This document shows, in pieces, positions 41,164 through 51,498 of a stretch of DNA of 64,000 nt. Both the position numbers and the translations under genes were made by a program. The stretch comes from Tabrizicola sp. (lineage in GTDB: Bacteria > Pseudomonadota > Alphaproteobacteria > Rhodobacterales > Rhodobacteraceae): NCBI GenBank assembly GCA_016792685.1, contig JAEULQ010000134.1, positions 11,240 to 75,239 on the forward strand, in the 5' to 3' direction. The notes under the pieces were generated by a model, which saw only the letters and a program-made list of their open reading frames with translations, had not been told where the DNA came from and did not search any database. Positions within the stretch are counted from its first letter, which is position 1. Every line of letters begins with the position of its first letter.

Positions 41164-42264
41164 TCAGCCAGCCCGGCGCAGGGCCTCTGGCAGGGTTTCC
41201 TCAAGAATATCAAGCGTCTGATCATCACCCAGGCTGATGCGGATGCACCGGTCCAAGGGCGCCACGCCGGGCATCCGGATGAAGATGCCGCGCTGGCCAA
41301 GCTCGGCCAGAACCTTGCGCGCATAGTCACCATCGCGGCCGCAGTCGACGGTCACGAAATTCGTGGCAGAGGGCAGGGGCCGCAACCCGTTGGCGCGGGC
41401 AATCGCCGAGAGACGTTCACGGGCGGTAATCGTGCGGGCCTGCACCGAGGCGAGCCAGTCCTGATCGGCAAGCGCGGCCAGGGCCCCCGCCTGAGAGATG
41501 CGGCTCATCCCGAAATGGTCGCGCACCTTGTCGAAGGCCAGCGCCAGGTCGGGGTTGGTGAGCGCATAGCCGACGCGGGCCCCGGCAAGGCCATAACCCT
41601 TTGAAAATGTCCGCATCCGGACCACCTGTGGGTGATCGGCGGGGATATCGGGCACCGTGCCGGGCGGGGCGAGATCGGCGTAGGCCTCATCCAGGATCAA
41701 AAGCGTATGATCCGGAAGATTTCTTACCATCTCCTCAACAACGGGTGCGGGGTGGTGGGAGCCCATCGGATTGTCGGGATTGGCGAAGTAAAGGAGTTTG
41801 GCGCCGGTGGTTCTGACCGCGTCGAGGAGGGCCTGAGGATCCTCATGATCGCCCCGGTAGGGGACGCGGGTAAGCGTGCCGCCGTAGCCTGCGACGTGGA
41901 AGTTGAAGGTCGGGTAAGCACCAAGCGAGGTGACGACCGGGGCGCCAGTTTCGAGCGTCAACCGGCAGATCAGGCCAAGGAGGCCGTCGATGCCGGGGCC
42001 CACCGCGATATGGGCGGGAGTGACGCCATGGTGGGCGGCAAGGGCTTGTTTCAGATCATGATTTTCCGGGTCGCCGTACATCCAGGCCTCGCTTGCGGCG
42101 GCCTGCATGGCGGCGATTGCTTTGGGCGAGGGGCCGAAAGGCTGCTCATTCGCGCCGAGGCGGGCGCGGAAGGGGATGCCGGTGCGGCGCTCCAGAGCCT
42201 CGGGTCCGGTGAAGGGGACGGTCGAGGGGAGGGCGGTGGCGTGTGGGGTCAGGAAGCGGCTCAT
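41164..42264 (-). CDS. HisC-like class II PLP aminotransferase
   Basis: RLGANE, ANPDNPMG, LDEAY, RTFSKGYGLAGARVGY and SATNFV. Confidence 0.88.
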   Translation of the reverse strand: MSRFLTPHATALPSTVPFTGPEALERRTGIPFRARLGANEQPFGPSPKAIAAMQAAASEAWMYGDPENHDLKQALAAHHGVTPAHIAVGPGIDGLLGLICRLTLETGAPVVTSLGAYPTFNFHVAGYGGTLTRVPYRGDHEDPQALLDAVRTTGAKLLYFANPDNPMGSHHPAPVVEEMVRNLPDHTLLILDEAYADLAPPGTVPDIPADHPQVVRMRTFSKGYGLAGARVGYALTNPDLALAFDKVRDHFGMSRISQAGALAALADQDWLASVQARTITARERLSAIARANGLRPLPSATNFVTVDCGRDGDYARKVLAELGQRGIFIRMPGVAPLDRCIRISLGDDQTLDILEETLPEALRRAG

Positions 42265-42345
42265 GGGCGGGAAGCTGGCATGGGCGAGGGGACCACGCAA
42301 GGGGCGTGCGCTGGGGTAAGCATGGCGAATTGCGCCGGTTACGGG

Positions 42346-42389
42346 GTGTCTGGAAAGCGTCTGGCATGCGTCTGGCAAGTGTCTGGCAG
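42346..42389. repeat. 4 x 11-bp imperfect tandem repeat (GYGTCTGGMAN)
   Basis: GTGTCTGGAAA GCGTCTGGCAT GCGTCTGGCAA GTGTCTGGCAG, in an intergenic region. Confidence 0.85.
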
Positions 42390-42526
42390 TAACGGAGCGT
42401 GTGTTGCGTTAACCTGCCGTGCAACGTTTGGGTGCGGTAAGGTTTGCGCCATTGATTTGCGGGTGCCCACCCACATCCACTCCCCTCGGTTCTAGGTCGC
42501 CCATGCCCGACCGCGTGGCTGATCGG

Positions 42527-42856
42527 TCAGCGGAGGAACTTGCGGCGGCTTTCCTCGGCGATGGCTTGCAGCATTTCGAGCCGCGCAAGCTCGGCCATGG
42601 CGGCCTTGCGTTGGGCCTCGTCCGTCAGGGTGGAAAGAAGGGCGCGCTGGGCCAGGACCTGTTTCTTCAGCGCGATCTCTTCGGGCAGGACTCCGGCCTC
42701 GGCCATGATACGGAAGCCCACCGCATCGCCGGGAGAGATGAAGGCGTCACCCGGACGGTCAGGGAGGGGTTTGCCCTCGCCTTCCAGGCCCTGAAGCTGG
42801 CCCTTGAGCCGGGCCTTCTGGATCTGTCGTTCGGCAAGGCGGGAGAGCCAGGACAT
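42527..42856 (-). CDS. DUF1992 family protein
   Basis: LAERQIQKA..KGQLQGLEGEGKPLP...RIMAEAGVLPEEI. Confidence 0.82.
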   Translation of the reverse strand: MSWLSRLAERQIQKARLKGQLQGLEGEGKPLPDRPGDAFISPGDAVGFRIMAEAGVLPEEIALKKQVLAQRALLSTLTDEAQRKAAMAELARLEMLQAIAEESRRKFLR

Positions 42857-42965
42857 TTGCACCCCTTTCAAATGGAAAGGTGGGCGTTTGCGGCGGGAGG
42901 CGCAAGAGGCTGTCTGCCCGGATTGTCGCGGCGTTCCCTGCCCCGGGATGTTGGCACCGATGAAA

Positions 42966-43379
42966 TCAGGGTCCGGCGGGCGCATAGCTGACGGTCAGGG
43001 TGTAGTCGGTCAGGCGGGGCGCGCGGCCAAGTCTGGCCAACTCTTCGGTTGACGGAGTAAGGCCGATGAGCGCCAAGGTCTGGCCGGCCGCTGTCACTAT
43101 GCTGGTGCCGTCTTCGCAGAGGTTGCAGAGGATGATGGTCTGCGGTGGCGTATCAGGGGTGGTGACAGTGATCTCGGCCCGGATCATGCCTTCCCAGGTG
43201 CAATCGGCCTCGGGCGGGCAGCGGCCGTCGGTGATGTCGGTCAGAAGCAGCGTGATGCCCGTGTCGGGGACCGGGGTCGCTTCCCCGCCCCGCAGGGCCA
43301 GTTCGGGGTAAAGCTTGGTGGTCAGCGGATAGGCGGCACTGGCGAGGCAGGCAAAGACGAGGGAGAGGGCAAGGCGCAT
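42966..43379 (-). CDS. Secreted Cys-containing hypothetical protein
   Basis: Signal peptide, DGRCPPEADCTWEG and LCNLC. GGAAAGGA RBS. Confidence 0.72.
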   Translation of the reverse strand: MRLALSLVFACLASAAYPLTTKLYPELALRGGEATPVPDTGITLLLTDITDGRCPPEADCTWEGMIRAEITVTTPDTPPQTIILCNLCEDGTSIVTAAGQTLALIGLTPSTEELARLGRAPRLTDYTLTVSYAPAGP

Positions 43380-43450
43380 GAGGCGGGTCCTTTCCGGGGC
43401 TGCATGTCCCTATGACGCGCAGGCCCCGGAATGGCTTGGTGCGGCAAACC

Positions 43451-46400
43451 CTACCCCAGGTCCGAGAGCCGTTTCAGCGCCTCGCGAAGCTTGGCGGCTT
43501 CCTCTTCCCGGGCCTCGAGGTTGGATTTCGCTTCCTCCACCACCTCTTCGGGGGCCGACTTCACGAAATTCGGATTGTCGAGGCGGCCCTTGAGGCCCCC
43601 AATCTCTTTCCCGAGTTTCTCCAGCGCCTTCTGCAGGCGGGATTTCTCCTCGGCGATGTCGATCAGCCCTTCCAACGGGATCGCGAAGGCCGCGCCCTCG
43701 GCTGCGACGGCGATGGAGCCCTTGGGGGCCGCGCCTTCGGTTACGTTGTCCACGCGCGCGAGGCGCTTGATCAGCGTCTCGTTGCGCTGAAAGGCTGCGC
43801 GGGCCTCGTCGGTGAGCGAGGTCGCCACGAGGTCGGCCTTGAGGCCCACGGGGACATGGACCTGGGCGCGGGCAGAGCGAATGTCGTCGATGAGGGTGGT
43901 GACGAAGGTCATCTCGCGCATCGAGCCCGCGTCGATCAGGCTGGCGGGCAGCTGTGGCCAGTCGGTGTGAACGAGGAGTTTCTCCCGTTTGCCAGTCGTC
44001 CCCCACAGCTCTTCGGTGATGAAGGGCATGAAAGGGTGCAGCAGGATCATCGACTGGTCGAGGACCCAGGCCATGGTCTGGCGCGTCTCGGCGGCGTCGG
44101 GGCCGTCGAAGAGCGGTTTGGCGAATTCGACATACCAGTCGCAGACCTTGCCCCAGACGAACTTGTAAAGCGCGTCTGCCGCCTGGTCGAAGCGGTAGTC
44201 CTCCATGGCCGCGTTGACCTCGGCCAGGGTCTTCGCCGTCTCGCCGATGATCCACTTGTTCGCCGTGGCCTTGGGCGCGGGGGCCGGGCCGGTCGCATGA
44301 CCCTCCCAGACCCCGTTCATCTCGGCAAAGCGGCAGGCGTTCCACAGCTTGGTGCCGAAGTTCCGGTAGCCCGCGATGCGCTGGGTGTCGAGTTTCAGGA
44401 CGCCGCCAAGCGAGGCCATCGCGGCGTTGGCGAAGCGCAGCGCGTCGGCGCCGTATTCGTCGATGATCTCCAGCGGGTCGATGACATTGCCGAGCGACTT
44501 CGACATCTTCTTGCCCTTGGCGTCGCGGACCAGGCCGTGCAGGTAGACGGTGTGGAAGGGGATGTCGTCCACCACGGCCAGCTGCATCATCATCATCCGG
44601 GCGACCCAGAAGAACAGGATGTCCTGGCCCGTGACGAGGACCGAAGTGGGGAAGTATTTCTTCAGCTCCGGCGTAGGCTCCGGCCAGCCGAGCGTGCCGA
44701 TGGGCCAGAGGCCGGAGGAGAACCAGGTGTCGAGGACGTCGGGGTCGCGGTAGACGGGATAGACCAGCTTGGTCACGTCCTGATCGACCTCGTAGGCGGC
44801 CAGCGATGCGGCAAGAGCCTCAACCGCCGCCGAGTGGTCGGCCACCTCCACGACGCGGGAGTGGTTCAGCGGATGGGGCAGCGCAGCCAAGCTGTCCCGG
44901 AAGCGTTCAGTCACTGTCGCAAGGTCGGCCGCACAGTGATAGATCGCCTCGCGCTGGACATAGCCACCATCGCCAAGGACGCGCAGGATCTCGACCTCGT
45001 CCAGCGCTTCGTCGCCCTCGTCATCGCGGAAGCCGGGTGCAGACAGGTCCAGACCGTACCACACCGGGATCTGGTGGCCCCACCAAAGCTGGCGGGAGAT
45101 GCACCAGGGTTCGATGTTTTCCAGCCAGTGGTAATAGGTCTTCTCCCCGCTCGGCGGGATGATCTTCGTGCGGCCGGTCCGCACGGCATCGAGCGCAGGT
45201 TCGACGATCTTGGCGGTGTCGACGAACCATTGGTCGGTCAGCATCGGCTCGATCACGACCTTCGAGCGGTCGCCGAAGGGCTGCATGATCGGCTTCGACT
45301 CGACATACGGCACCAGTTCCAGATGCTCGGCGCCGGTTTCCTTGTCGACGCTCTTCTTGAGATAGGTGACCGCCAGCCCCTCGGCGGTGATCTGCTCGAC
45401 CACGAGCTTGCGGGCCTCATACCGGTCAAGACCGCGGAGGTCGTCGGGGACGAGGTTCAGGGCGTCGATTTCGGATTCCGATAGGGTGAAGGGCTGCTCG
45501 GCGATGCCGGGGGTGGCGTAGCCCTTGGCGACCAGCCAGGCGCGGGACATGCGGCCAGCAATCTCCGCCGCCTCGGCGTAGGGCGCGCCATCGGCCCGCA
45601 TCTGCGCGCGAGTGTCCAGAAGTCGGTAGCAGGGGATATCGGCGCGCTTGGCGACGGCATAGTCGTTGAAGTCATGCGCGCCGGTGATCTTCACGGCGCC
45701 CGAGCCGAAAGTCGGGTCAGGATATTCGTCCGTGATGATCGGGATCAGGCGGCGGTGTTCCTTGGGCCCAACCGGAATTTCACAAAGTTTCCCGACGATT
45801 GGCGCGTAACGTTCATCCGATGGATGAACTGCAACCGCCCCGTCGCCCAGCATGGTTTCGGGCCGGGTGGTGGCGATGGAGATATAGTCGCGGGTCTCGC
45901 GCAGCGTCACGCGACCCTCGGCGTCCTTCTCGACATACTCATAGGTCTCCCCGCCTGCGAGCGGGTATTTGAAGTGCCACATGTGGCCGGGGACTTCGGT
46001 GTTCTCGACCTCAAGGTCCGAAATCGCAGTCTCGAAATGCGGGTCCCAGTTCACCAGCCGCTTGCCGCGGTAGATGAGGCCCTTGTTGTACATATCGACA
46101 AAGACCTTGATCACCGCGTCGTGGAAGTTGCCCTCTTCCCCCGCCGGAGCCCCCGGCGCGCCCGACATGGTAAAGGCCTCGCGGTCCCAGTCGCAGGAGG
46201 CGCCGAGGCGCTGCAACTGCCCGATGATCGTGCCGCGCGACTTCTGTTTCTGCTGCCAGACCCTGCCGAGGAACTTCTCGCGCCCCATCGTGCGGCGGTC
46301 CGGCTCTTGATGCAGAGCCATCTCGCGCTCGGTCACCATCTGGGTAGCGATCCCGGCGTGGTCGGTGCCGGGTTGCCACAAAGTGTCGTCGCCCATCATC

Positions 46401-46612
46401 CGGTGCCAGCGGGTCAGGATGTCCTGCAGCGTGTTGTTGAAGGCGTGGCCCATGTGAAGCGAGCCAGTGACATTCGGCGGGGGGATCATGACGGAAAAGG
46501 CCGGACGCCCGGGCTTGGCATTGGCACCCGCCTTGAAGGCCTTGGCGTCGAGCCAGAGCTTCGAGATGCGGGCTTCGGCCTCGGCTGCGTTGAAGGTCTT
46601 TTCCATCGGCAT
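43451..46612 (-). CDS. valS: Valyl-tRNA synthetase
   Basis: [13 protein letters not shown] (HIGH), [23 protein letters not shown]-terminal coiled coil. Confidence 0.98.
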   Translation of the reverse strand: MPMEKTFNAAEAEARISKLWLDAKAFKAGANAKPGRPAFSVMIPPPNVTGSLHMGHAFNNTLQDILTRWHRMMGDDTLWQPGTDHAGIATQMVTEREMALHQEPDRRTMGREKFLGRVWQQKQKSRGTIIGQLQRLGASCDWDREAFTMSGAPGAPAGEEGNFHDAVIKVFVDMYNKGLIYRGKRLVNWDPHFETAISDLEVENTEVPGHMWHFKYPLAGGETYEYVEKDAEGRVTLRETRDYISIATTRPETMLGDGAVAVHPSDERYAPIVGKLCEIPVGPKEHRRLIPIITDEYPDPTFGSGAVKITGAHDFNDYAVAKRADIPCYRLLDTRAQMRADGAPYAEAAEIAGRMSRAWLVAKGYATPGIAEQPFTLSESEIDALNLVPDDLRGLDRYEARKLVVEQITAEGLAVTYLKKSVDKETGAEHLELVPYVESKPIMQPFGDRSKVVIEPMLTDQWFVDTAKIVEPALDAVRTGRTKIIPPSGEKTYYHWLENIEPWCISRQLWWGHQIPVWYGLDLSAPGFRDDEGDEALDEVEILRVLGDGGYVQREAIYHCAADLATVTERFRDSLAALPHPLNHSRVVEVADHSAAVEALAASLAAYEVDQDVTKLVYPVYRDPDVLDTWFSSGLWPIGTLGWPEPTPELKKYFPTSVLVTGQDILFFWVARMMMMQLAVVDDIPFHTVYLHGLVRDAKGKKMSKSLGNVIDPLEIIDEYGADALRFANAAMASLGGVLKLDTQRIAGYRNFGTKLWNACRFAEMNGVWEGHATGPAPAPKATANKWIIGETAKTLAEVNAAMEDYRFDQAADALYKFVWGKVCDWYVEFAKPLFDGPDAAETRQTMAWVLDQSMILLHPFMPFITEELWGTTGKREKLLVHTDWPQLPASLIDAGSMREMTFVTTLIDDIRSARAQVHVPVGLKADLVATSLTDEARAAFQRNETLIKRLARVDNVTEGAAPKGSIAVAAEGAAFAIPLEGLIDIAEEKSRLQKALEKLGKEIGGLKGRLDNPNFVKSAPEEVVEEAKSNLEAREEEAAKLREALKRLSDLG

Positions 46613-46670
46613 CGGTCATTCCCCAAAGGTCCGCGCGGGTTCTAGCGTGACCCGCGCGGAAGGGGAAGCG

Positions 46671-47441
46671 TCAGAAGGGAGGAAGGCCCATCAGCGCCCG
46701 AGCAAAACACCACAAGACCAGCGCCGTGAACCCCGTCGCCGTGGCCCAGACGGTGGCGCGGCTTCCCGTCAGCCCGGCCAGTGGCACGACATGCATCGCA
46801 TGTGTCGCCAGGAAATGCGGCAAGCGCAGGTCGCCGACCTCCAGCGACCAGCCCATCAGCGGAAACCGCGCGCCGGTCACCGGGGTGCCTACGAAATGTC
46901 CTGGGCCAGAGGACATCGTTCCCGCCACCGGCACGGTCAGGACGAAAGTCAGCACCAGCCCCAAGGCCACCGCCAGCATCAGCGGGTCGACGCGGTGCCG
47001 CCAGAAGACAAGCCCCATAACCATAGACAGGGAGGTCAGCGTAACGGCCGCCGCCCCCATCAACCCGTAGATTGCCGCCCAGACCCCGGTCTGGTTGAAG
47101 TGCGAGGCGGTCCCCAGGGCAGCGGCGCCGCCGATCCACAGAAGCTCGGCCACGATGCAGGCCGCGACGACGCCGATGTAGATCGTCCACCGGCGGGAGG
47201 CGAAAGTGCCTTCGGGGAGGAGCGTCGCAAATAGGGCGAGCGTGCCCGTGTAGACCGTCAATGCCAGATGGAATTTCAACGGCTTGAGCCAGACGTTGTC
47301 GCCCTGGAACAGACGGTCGTCCAGCCCGTAGGCCACCATCAGCGGCAGGGCGGCCAGAGCGACGAGCAGGGTGAGACGCAAAAGCAGCGGATGCGGGCGC
47401 GACAGCAACGCGAAGCCCGGCGCGCTCAAGACAGCAGTCAT
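46671..47441 (-). CDS. Hypothetical membrane protein
   Basis: Multiple TM helices, WLKPLKF, SHFN and GDLRLPHFLATHAMH. ATGA overlap with upstream gene. Confidence 0.8.
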   Translation of the reverse strand: MTAVLSAPGFALLSRPHPLLLRLTLLVALAALPLMVAYGLDDRLFQGDNVWLKPLKFHLALTVYTGTLALFATLLPEGTFASRRWTIYIGVVAACIVAELLWIGGAAALGTASHFNQTGVWAAIYGLMGAAAVTLTSLSMVMGLVFWRHRVDPLMLAVALGLVLTFVLTVPVAGTMSSGPGHFVGTPVTGARFPLMGWSLEVGDLRLPHFLATHAMHVVPLAGLTGSRATVWATATGFTALVLWCFARALMGLPPF

Positions 47442-47863
47442 GGCAGGATCTTTCGGACAAGGGTGAAGCGAAGGATCGCGAAGGCCAAGAGGCCTGCGGG
47501 ACCGAAGAGGAAGGTGAGCACAAGGCAGGGCACCACTGCCCAGTGTGGGATCCCCTCGGCCCGCGCGGTTCGGACTTCCCAGGCACCGAGGAACAGGTCG
47601 AAGGCCAGGTAGTGCAGCCACCCGGCCAGCGCGATGTGCGGGTGGGTGAACAGTGCCTGCACCTCGGGAAGGGACCCGAAGCCGCCGGGCGCGTCCCACC
47701 AGAACGCAAGCACCAACCCGGCATAGGCCAGCGACAGGAGGAGCGGGACCGCCGCCCCTGCCACCCATTGCGCTGCCCGCGGCGCCAGGGGCGCTGCCAG
47801 AAGCGCAAGCCAGCCCAGCAGGGCAAGCGGATTGGCAATCTGAAATAGCTGGTCTGGGGACAT
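47438..47863 (-). CDS. ABA4-like (DUF4281) membrane protein
   Basis: GGFGSL..VQALF, AGWLHYLAFDLFLGAW and LTFLFGPAGLL. Confidence 0.87.
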   Translation of the reverse strand: MSPDQLFQIANPLALLGWLALLAAPLAPRAAQWVAGAAVPLLLSLAYAGLVLAFWWDAPGGFGSLPEVQALFTHPHIALAGWLHYLAFDLFLGAWEVRTARAEGIPHWAVVPCLVLTFLFGPAGLLAFAILRFTLVRKILP

Positions 47864-47874
47864 GGTAGCCTCTG

Positions 47875-47943
47875 ATCTTTACACTGTCAGGATTACGGGG
47901 CCGAGCGTTGCTGCGTCAAGAAAAATCTTTACGATGGAAAGAT
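47875..47943. promoter_or_regulatory. Two putative TetR operator boxes
   Basis: 19-bp imperfect palindromes ATCTTTACACTGTCAGGAT (47875-47893) and ATCTTTACGATGGAAAGAT (47925-47943) between divergent ABA4-like and tetR genes. Confidence 0.7.
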
Positions 47944-47962
47944 GGACGGCTAAGCCACGGAC

Positions 47963-48544
47963 ATGAGAGAGAAACCCTATCACCACGGCGACCTGCGGGC
48001 CGCACTTCTGGCAGCGGCCGAGATTGAACTGACCGAAAAGGGGGTCGAGGGATTCTCCCTCCGCTCGGTGGCGAAAAGGGCCGGCGTCAGCCATGCCGCC
48101 CCTGCGCATCACTTCGGCGACACGAATGGTCTGCTTACCGCTCTGGCCGCTGAAGGCTTTACCCGGTTCCAGGACACGCTTGATGTGCGCGAAATTGGTG
48201 CTGTCGATGCCCGGGACCGCGCCATTCGGGCAGGTTTTGGTTATCTCGAGTTTGCGCTCGCCCGACCAGCCCTGTTCCGGCTGATTTTCTCATCAGCGCG
48301 ACCGGATTACACAAGTCCCGACCTGATTGCCGCGGCCAAGCGCGCCTATGACCACCTGGTCGGGTTGGTCGAGGCCCTTGGCGGGGGTGAGGCGGATGTC
48401 GTGGCGCTTTGGTCGGCCTCGCATGGGTTGGCGGACCTGATCATGGGGAGGAAGCTCCGGCCGATGGTGCAGAAGTCCCAGGCAGAGCAGGAGGCCCTGG
48501 TGCGTGAGGTGATTGGAAGGGCTTTGCCCCGGAGGGCGGAATGA
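47963..48544 (+). CDS. TetR/AcrR family regulator (WHG-type C-terminus)
   Basis: YHHGDLRAALL, SLRSVAKRAGVSHAAPAHHF and WSASHG. Confidence 0.92.
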   Translation: MREKPYHHGDLRAALLAAAEIELTEKGVEGFSLRSVAKRAGVSHAAPAHHFGDTNGLLTALAAEGFTRFQDTLDVREIGAVDARDRAIRAGFGYLEFALARPALFRLIFSSARPDYTSPDLIAAAKRAYDHLVGLVEALGGGEADVVALWSASHGLADLIMGRKLRPMVQKSQAEQEALVREVIGRALPRRAE

Positions 48545-49539
48545 AGGCTTTGGAGCAGGCAGTTGCCCGACTCGCGCGGGACCGGTTCCATCCGGGCGTC
48601 GCCGTTTCGGTCCATGGCTCATCGGGTGAGCAGCATTTTGCGGCGGGCAACCTGACGGTTGATACGCCAGCCTTTTTCGCATCGGCAACAAAGCTGATGG
48701 TTGCAACGGTCCTGCATCAGTTGGCAGCCGAGGGGCTGGATCTTGACGCTCCGTTTGCCTCGATCGTGCCAATCACGGGGCTCTTGGTCGTCGATGGCCG
48801 CGACCGGACGGCCGAAATCACGATCCGCCACCTGATGGCTCATGTCTCGGGCCTGCCGGACTACCTTGGGTCTGCCAATCCGAAAACCGGGCTGATGGGC
48901 GCGCTCTTGCGGGGCGAGGATCGGGGCTGGACGCGGGACGAGGCCCTGGACTGGGCCCGGGCAATGCGGCCGGTCGGCCTGCCGGGCCAGATGGCCAAAG
49001 GCTTCTATTCCGACACCAACTATCAGCTTCTGGACGCGGTGATCGAGGCGGTCGAGGGACGGACTATTGGCGAGGTTCTGGCGCGTCGGCTTTTCCAGCC
49101 GCTCGGGTTGCAACGGACCTGGCTTTACACGGACCCTGATGGCCGCCGCCCACTGCCGCTGAGGTATCGCAGGAATGAGCTGCACATCCCGCAGGCGATG
49201 TCGAGCTTCAGGGGCGATGGTGCCTTGGTGACGACAACCGGGGAAGGGCTGATCTTCCTGCGTGCGCTTTGGGCGGGAGAGTTCGGCGACACGGCCTGGC
49301 TCACCCGAGACCCGTTCCGTCGGGTTTTCTTCCCGATCGATTATGCCGATGGGGTCATGCGCTTCCAGCTGCCGCGCTGGATGACGCTTTTCCGCCGCTT
49401 CCCGGCTTTCTACGGCCATTCCGGGCATTCGGGCGCGGCCCTTTTCCATGCCCCTGAGGCGAGCGTGACCATCGCCGCTTCAGTCAACCAAGTTGACCGG
49501 CCCGGCGCGGTGTTCAGGCTGCTTCTGAAGGCGCTCTAG
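48541..49539 (+). CDS. Serine hydrolase, beta-lactamase family
   Basis: SxxK (SATK), ITIRHLMAHVSG, YSDTNY and GHSG. ATGA overlap with tetR. Confidence 0.87.
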   Translation: MKALEQAVARLARDRFHPGVAVSVHGSSGEQHFAAGNLTVDTPAFFASATKLMVATVLHQLAAEGLDLDAPFASIVPITGLLVVDGRDRTAEITIRHLMAHVSGLPDYLGSANPKTGLMGALLRGEDRGWTRDEALDWARAMRPVGLPGQMAKGFYSDTNYQLLDAVIEAVEGRTIGEVLARRLFQPLGLQRTWLYTDPDGRRPLPLRYRRNELHIPQAMSSFRGDGALVTTTGEGLIFLRALWAGEFGDTAWLTRDPFRRVFFPIDYADGVMRFQLPRWMTLFRRFPAFYGHSGHSGAALFHAPEASVTIAASVNQVDRPGAVFRLLLKAL

Positions 49540-49544
49540 GGTCG

Positions 49545-50000
49545 TCAGACCGGCAGGCCCGCATCCGGTTTCGGCTGGTCCATCACGATCTGGCTTTGCA
49601 CCCGGGCGACGGCGGGGTTGGGGAGGAGCCGGTGGTGGATGAGGGTGTTGAGCGCGGGCAGGTCCGCGCACCAGACGCGGAGGAGGTAGTCGGCCTCGCC
49701 TGTTAGGGTCCAGCAGGCGGTGACTTCGGGTAGAGTGGCGATCAGGCGAAGGAAGCCCTTAGCGGCCTCGGGCGAATGGGCGGCCATCTGGACCTGGACG
49801 AAGGCCTGGACCGTCAGGCCAAGCTTGGCGGGCGAGAGGCGGGCGGTGTAGCCGGTGATCAGGCCATCGGCCTCAAGCCTTGCGCGGCGGCGGGCGGCTT
49901 GGCTGGCGGATAGGTTCAGGAGATCGCCGAGATCTTGCGCGGTGATCTGGGCATTGGCCTGGACGGCGGCGAGAAGGCGGGAATCAGTCTCGTCGATCAT
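49545..50000 (-). CDS. Lrp/AsnC regulator divergent from hppD
   Basis: MIDETDSRLL, RLEADGLITGY and TGEADYLL. Classic Lrp-hppD arrangement. Confidence 0.9.
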   Translation of the reverse strand: MIDETDSRLLAAVQANAQITAQDLGDLLNLSASQAARRRARLEADGLITGYTARLSPAKLGLTVQAFVQVQMAAHSPEAAKGFLRLIATLPEVTACWTLTGEADYLLRVWCADLPALNTLIHHRLLPNPAVARVQSQIVMDQPKPDAGLPV

Positions 50001-50136
50001 GCGGGTTTCTCGCGTCAGATGGCAGATACTCTTAGAAAGCGCGCAAAATTCGGCTATGGCAAGCCTGAACCTGCGCGCAATTGCCGCAGATTGCGTGGCA
50101 TTCTGAGGGGGACGCATTCCATCCGAAGGACAGACC

Positions 50137-51231
50137 ATGGGACCCTTTCCGCACAATGCCCCCCGCGCCGTGATTTCGCCCGAGAACCCCGCGGGGACGG
50201 ACGGGTTCGAATTCGTGGAATTCGCCCATCCCGAGCCGGAGGAACTGCGGGCGCTTTTCACCCGGATGGGCTATGCCCTGACCGCGCGCCACAAGTCGAA
50301 GGCGATCGAGCTTTGGCAGCAGGGTGACATCACCTATGTCCTGAACGACGAGCCCGGCAGCCATGCGCGGAAGTTTGTGGACGAACACGGACCATGCGCA
50401 CCCTCGATGTGCTGGCGGGTGGTCGATGCGGCCCATGCCTTTGCCCATGCGGTCAGCCTTGGGGCCGAGCCCTTCGAGGGGCCGGAGAAGACGTTGGACC
50501 TTCCCGCGATCCGGGGCATCGGCGGCTCGCTGATCTATTTCACCGACCGTTATGGCGACGCGAACCCCTATGACGCGGAGTTCGATTGGGTTACAGCGCC
50601 GAAACCGGCGGGGGTGGGGTTCCACTATCTGGACCACCTGACCCACAACGTCCATCGCGGCAATATGGACAAGTGGTTCGACTTCTACGGCAAGCTCTTC
50701 GCCTTCCGCCAGATCCGCTTCTTCGACATCGAGGGCAAGTTCACCGGGCTTCATTCCCGGGCGCTGACCTCGCCCTGCGGCCGGATCCGGATTCCGGTGA
50801 ACGAGGATCGGGGCGAGACCGGGCAAATCGTGGAGTACCTCAAGCGCTACAAGGGCGAGGGCATCCAGCATATCGCGGTCGGAACCGAGGATATCTATGC
50901 CTCGACCGATGCCATTGCCGAGCGCGGGGTGAAGTTCATGCCGAAGCCGCCGATGGCCTACTATGAGCTCTCGAAGACCCGGGTCGTGGGGCACCAGGAG
51001 CCGATCGAGAAGCTGGCCAAGCACGGGATCCTGATCGACGGCGAGGGCGTGCTGAACGGCGGCGAGACGCGGATCCTGTTGCAGATCTTCTCGAAGACAG
51101 TGATCGGGCCGATCTTCTTCGAATTCATCCAGCGCAAGGGCGACGATGGCTTCGGCGAGGGCAATTTCCGGGCGCTCTTCGAGTCGATCGAGCAGGACCA
51201 GATTGATCGCGGAGTGCTGAAGGCCTCGTGA
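50137..51231 (+). CDS. hppD: 4-hydroxyphenylpyruvate dioxygenase
   Basis: GFEFVEF, LDHLTHNV, GIQHIA, LLQIFS and FFEFIQRKGDDGFGEGNFRALFESIE. Confidence 0.96.
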   Translation: MGPFPHNAPRAVISPENPAGTDGFEFVEFAHPEPEELRALFTRMGYALTARHKSKAIELWQQGDITYVLNDEPGSHARKFVDEHGPCAPSMCWRVVDAAHAFAHAVSLGAEPFEGPEKTLDLPAIRGIGGSLIYFTDRYGDANPYDAEFDWVTAPKPAGVGFHYLDHLTHNVHRGNMDKWFDFYGKLFAFRQIRFFDIEGKFTGLHSRALTSPCGRIRIPVNEDRGETGQIVEYLKRYKGEGIQHIAVGTEDIYASTDAIAERGVKFMPKPPMAYYELSKTRVVGHQEPIEKLAKHGILIDGEGVLNGGETRILLQIFSKTVIGPIFFEFIQRKGDDGFGEGNFRALFESIEQDQIDRGVLKAS

Positions 51232-51239
51232 GGGGCGAC

Positions 51240-51283
51240 CAAAATCCTTCGAAGGATTTTGCAAATCTTTTCGAAAAGATTTG
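51240..51283. repeat. Tandem double palindrome, copy 3
   Basis: CAAAATCCTTCGAAGGATTTTG + CAAATCTTTTCGAAAAGATTTG, the exact reverse complement of 40620-40663. Lies between convergent hppD and DUF2783 genes. Confidence 0.92.
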
Positions 51284-51297
51284 CGCCTGGCCCGCTG

Positions 51298-51498
51298 TCA
51301 GCTCCCTGAGGGCCCAGCGGCGCGGGCCAGGGCCAGCGCTTCGGCGAAGACCTCCGCGCCGACATGGTTCATCAGGATCAGGATCAGCCGGGCGTTGAGG
51401 GCGCCCGTCTCCGCCTCGCTCAGGCCCTTGTGGGCAGCGAGAAGGGCGGCATAGGTCCGGTCCGGGTCTTTCAGGTTCGGCGTGGTGATGAGGGTCAT
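51298..51498 (-). CDS. DUF2783 small protein (putative hydroxylase coupling protein)
   Basis: PNL.DPD..YAALLAAH.GLSEAE..ALNARLILILMNHVG. ATGA overlap with the monooxygenase. Confidence 0.82.
   Translation of the reverse strand: MTLITTPNLKDPDRTYAALLAAHKGLSEAETGALNARLILILMNHVGAEVFAEALALARAAGPSGS

Noticed and set aside
42265-42526. Possible tRNA, ncRNA or riboswitch in the larger intergenic gaps (also 8136-8365, 28159-28365)
   Set aside because: No cloverleaf, T-loop consensus or recognisable riboswitch motif by eye. An Infernal/Rfam scan would be needed to exclude one fully.
43451-46612. Long ValS (1053 aa) with insertions suggesting an intein
   Set aside because: No intein splice motifs or homing-endonuclease signature seen. 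Variable insertions in these regions are usual for this lineage as far as I recall.
48541-49539. Beta-lactamase-fold and MBL-fold proteins (also 13092-13799, 53049-53999) as antibiotic resistance genes
   Set aside because: No signal peptides. Motifs and context fit cytoplasmic esterases/hydrolases rather than true beta-lactamases.
40620-51283. Palindromic repeats as a CRISPR array or as the ends of an invertible/composite element
   Set aside because: Copies are kilobases apart with no spacer structure and no cas genes. The inverted pair encloses core genes (valS) and no transposase, so independent dispersed copies are the simpler reading.
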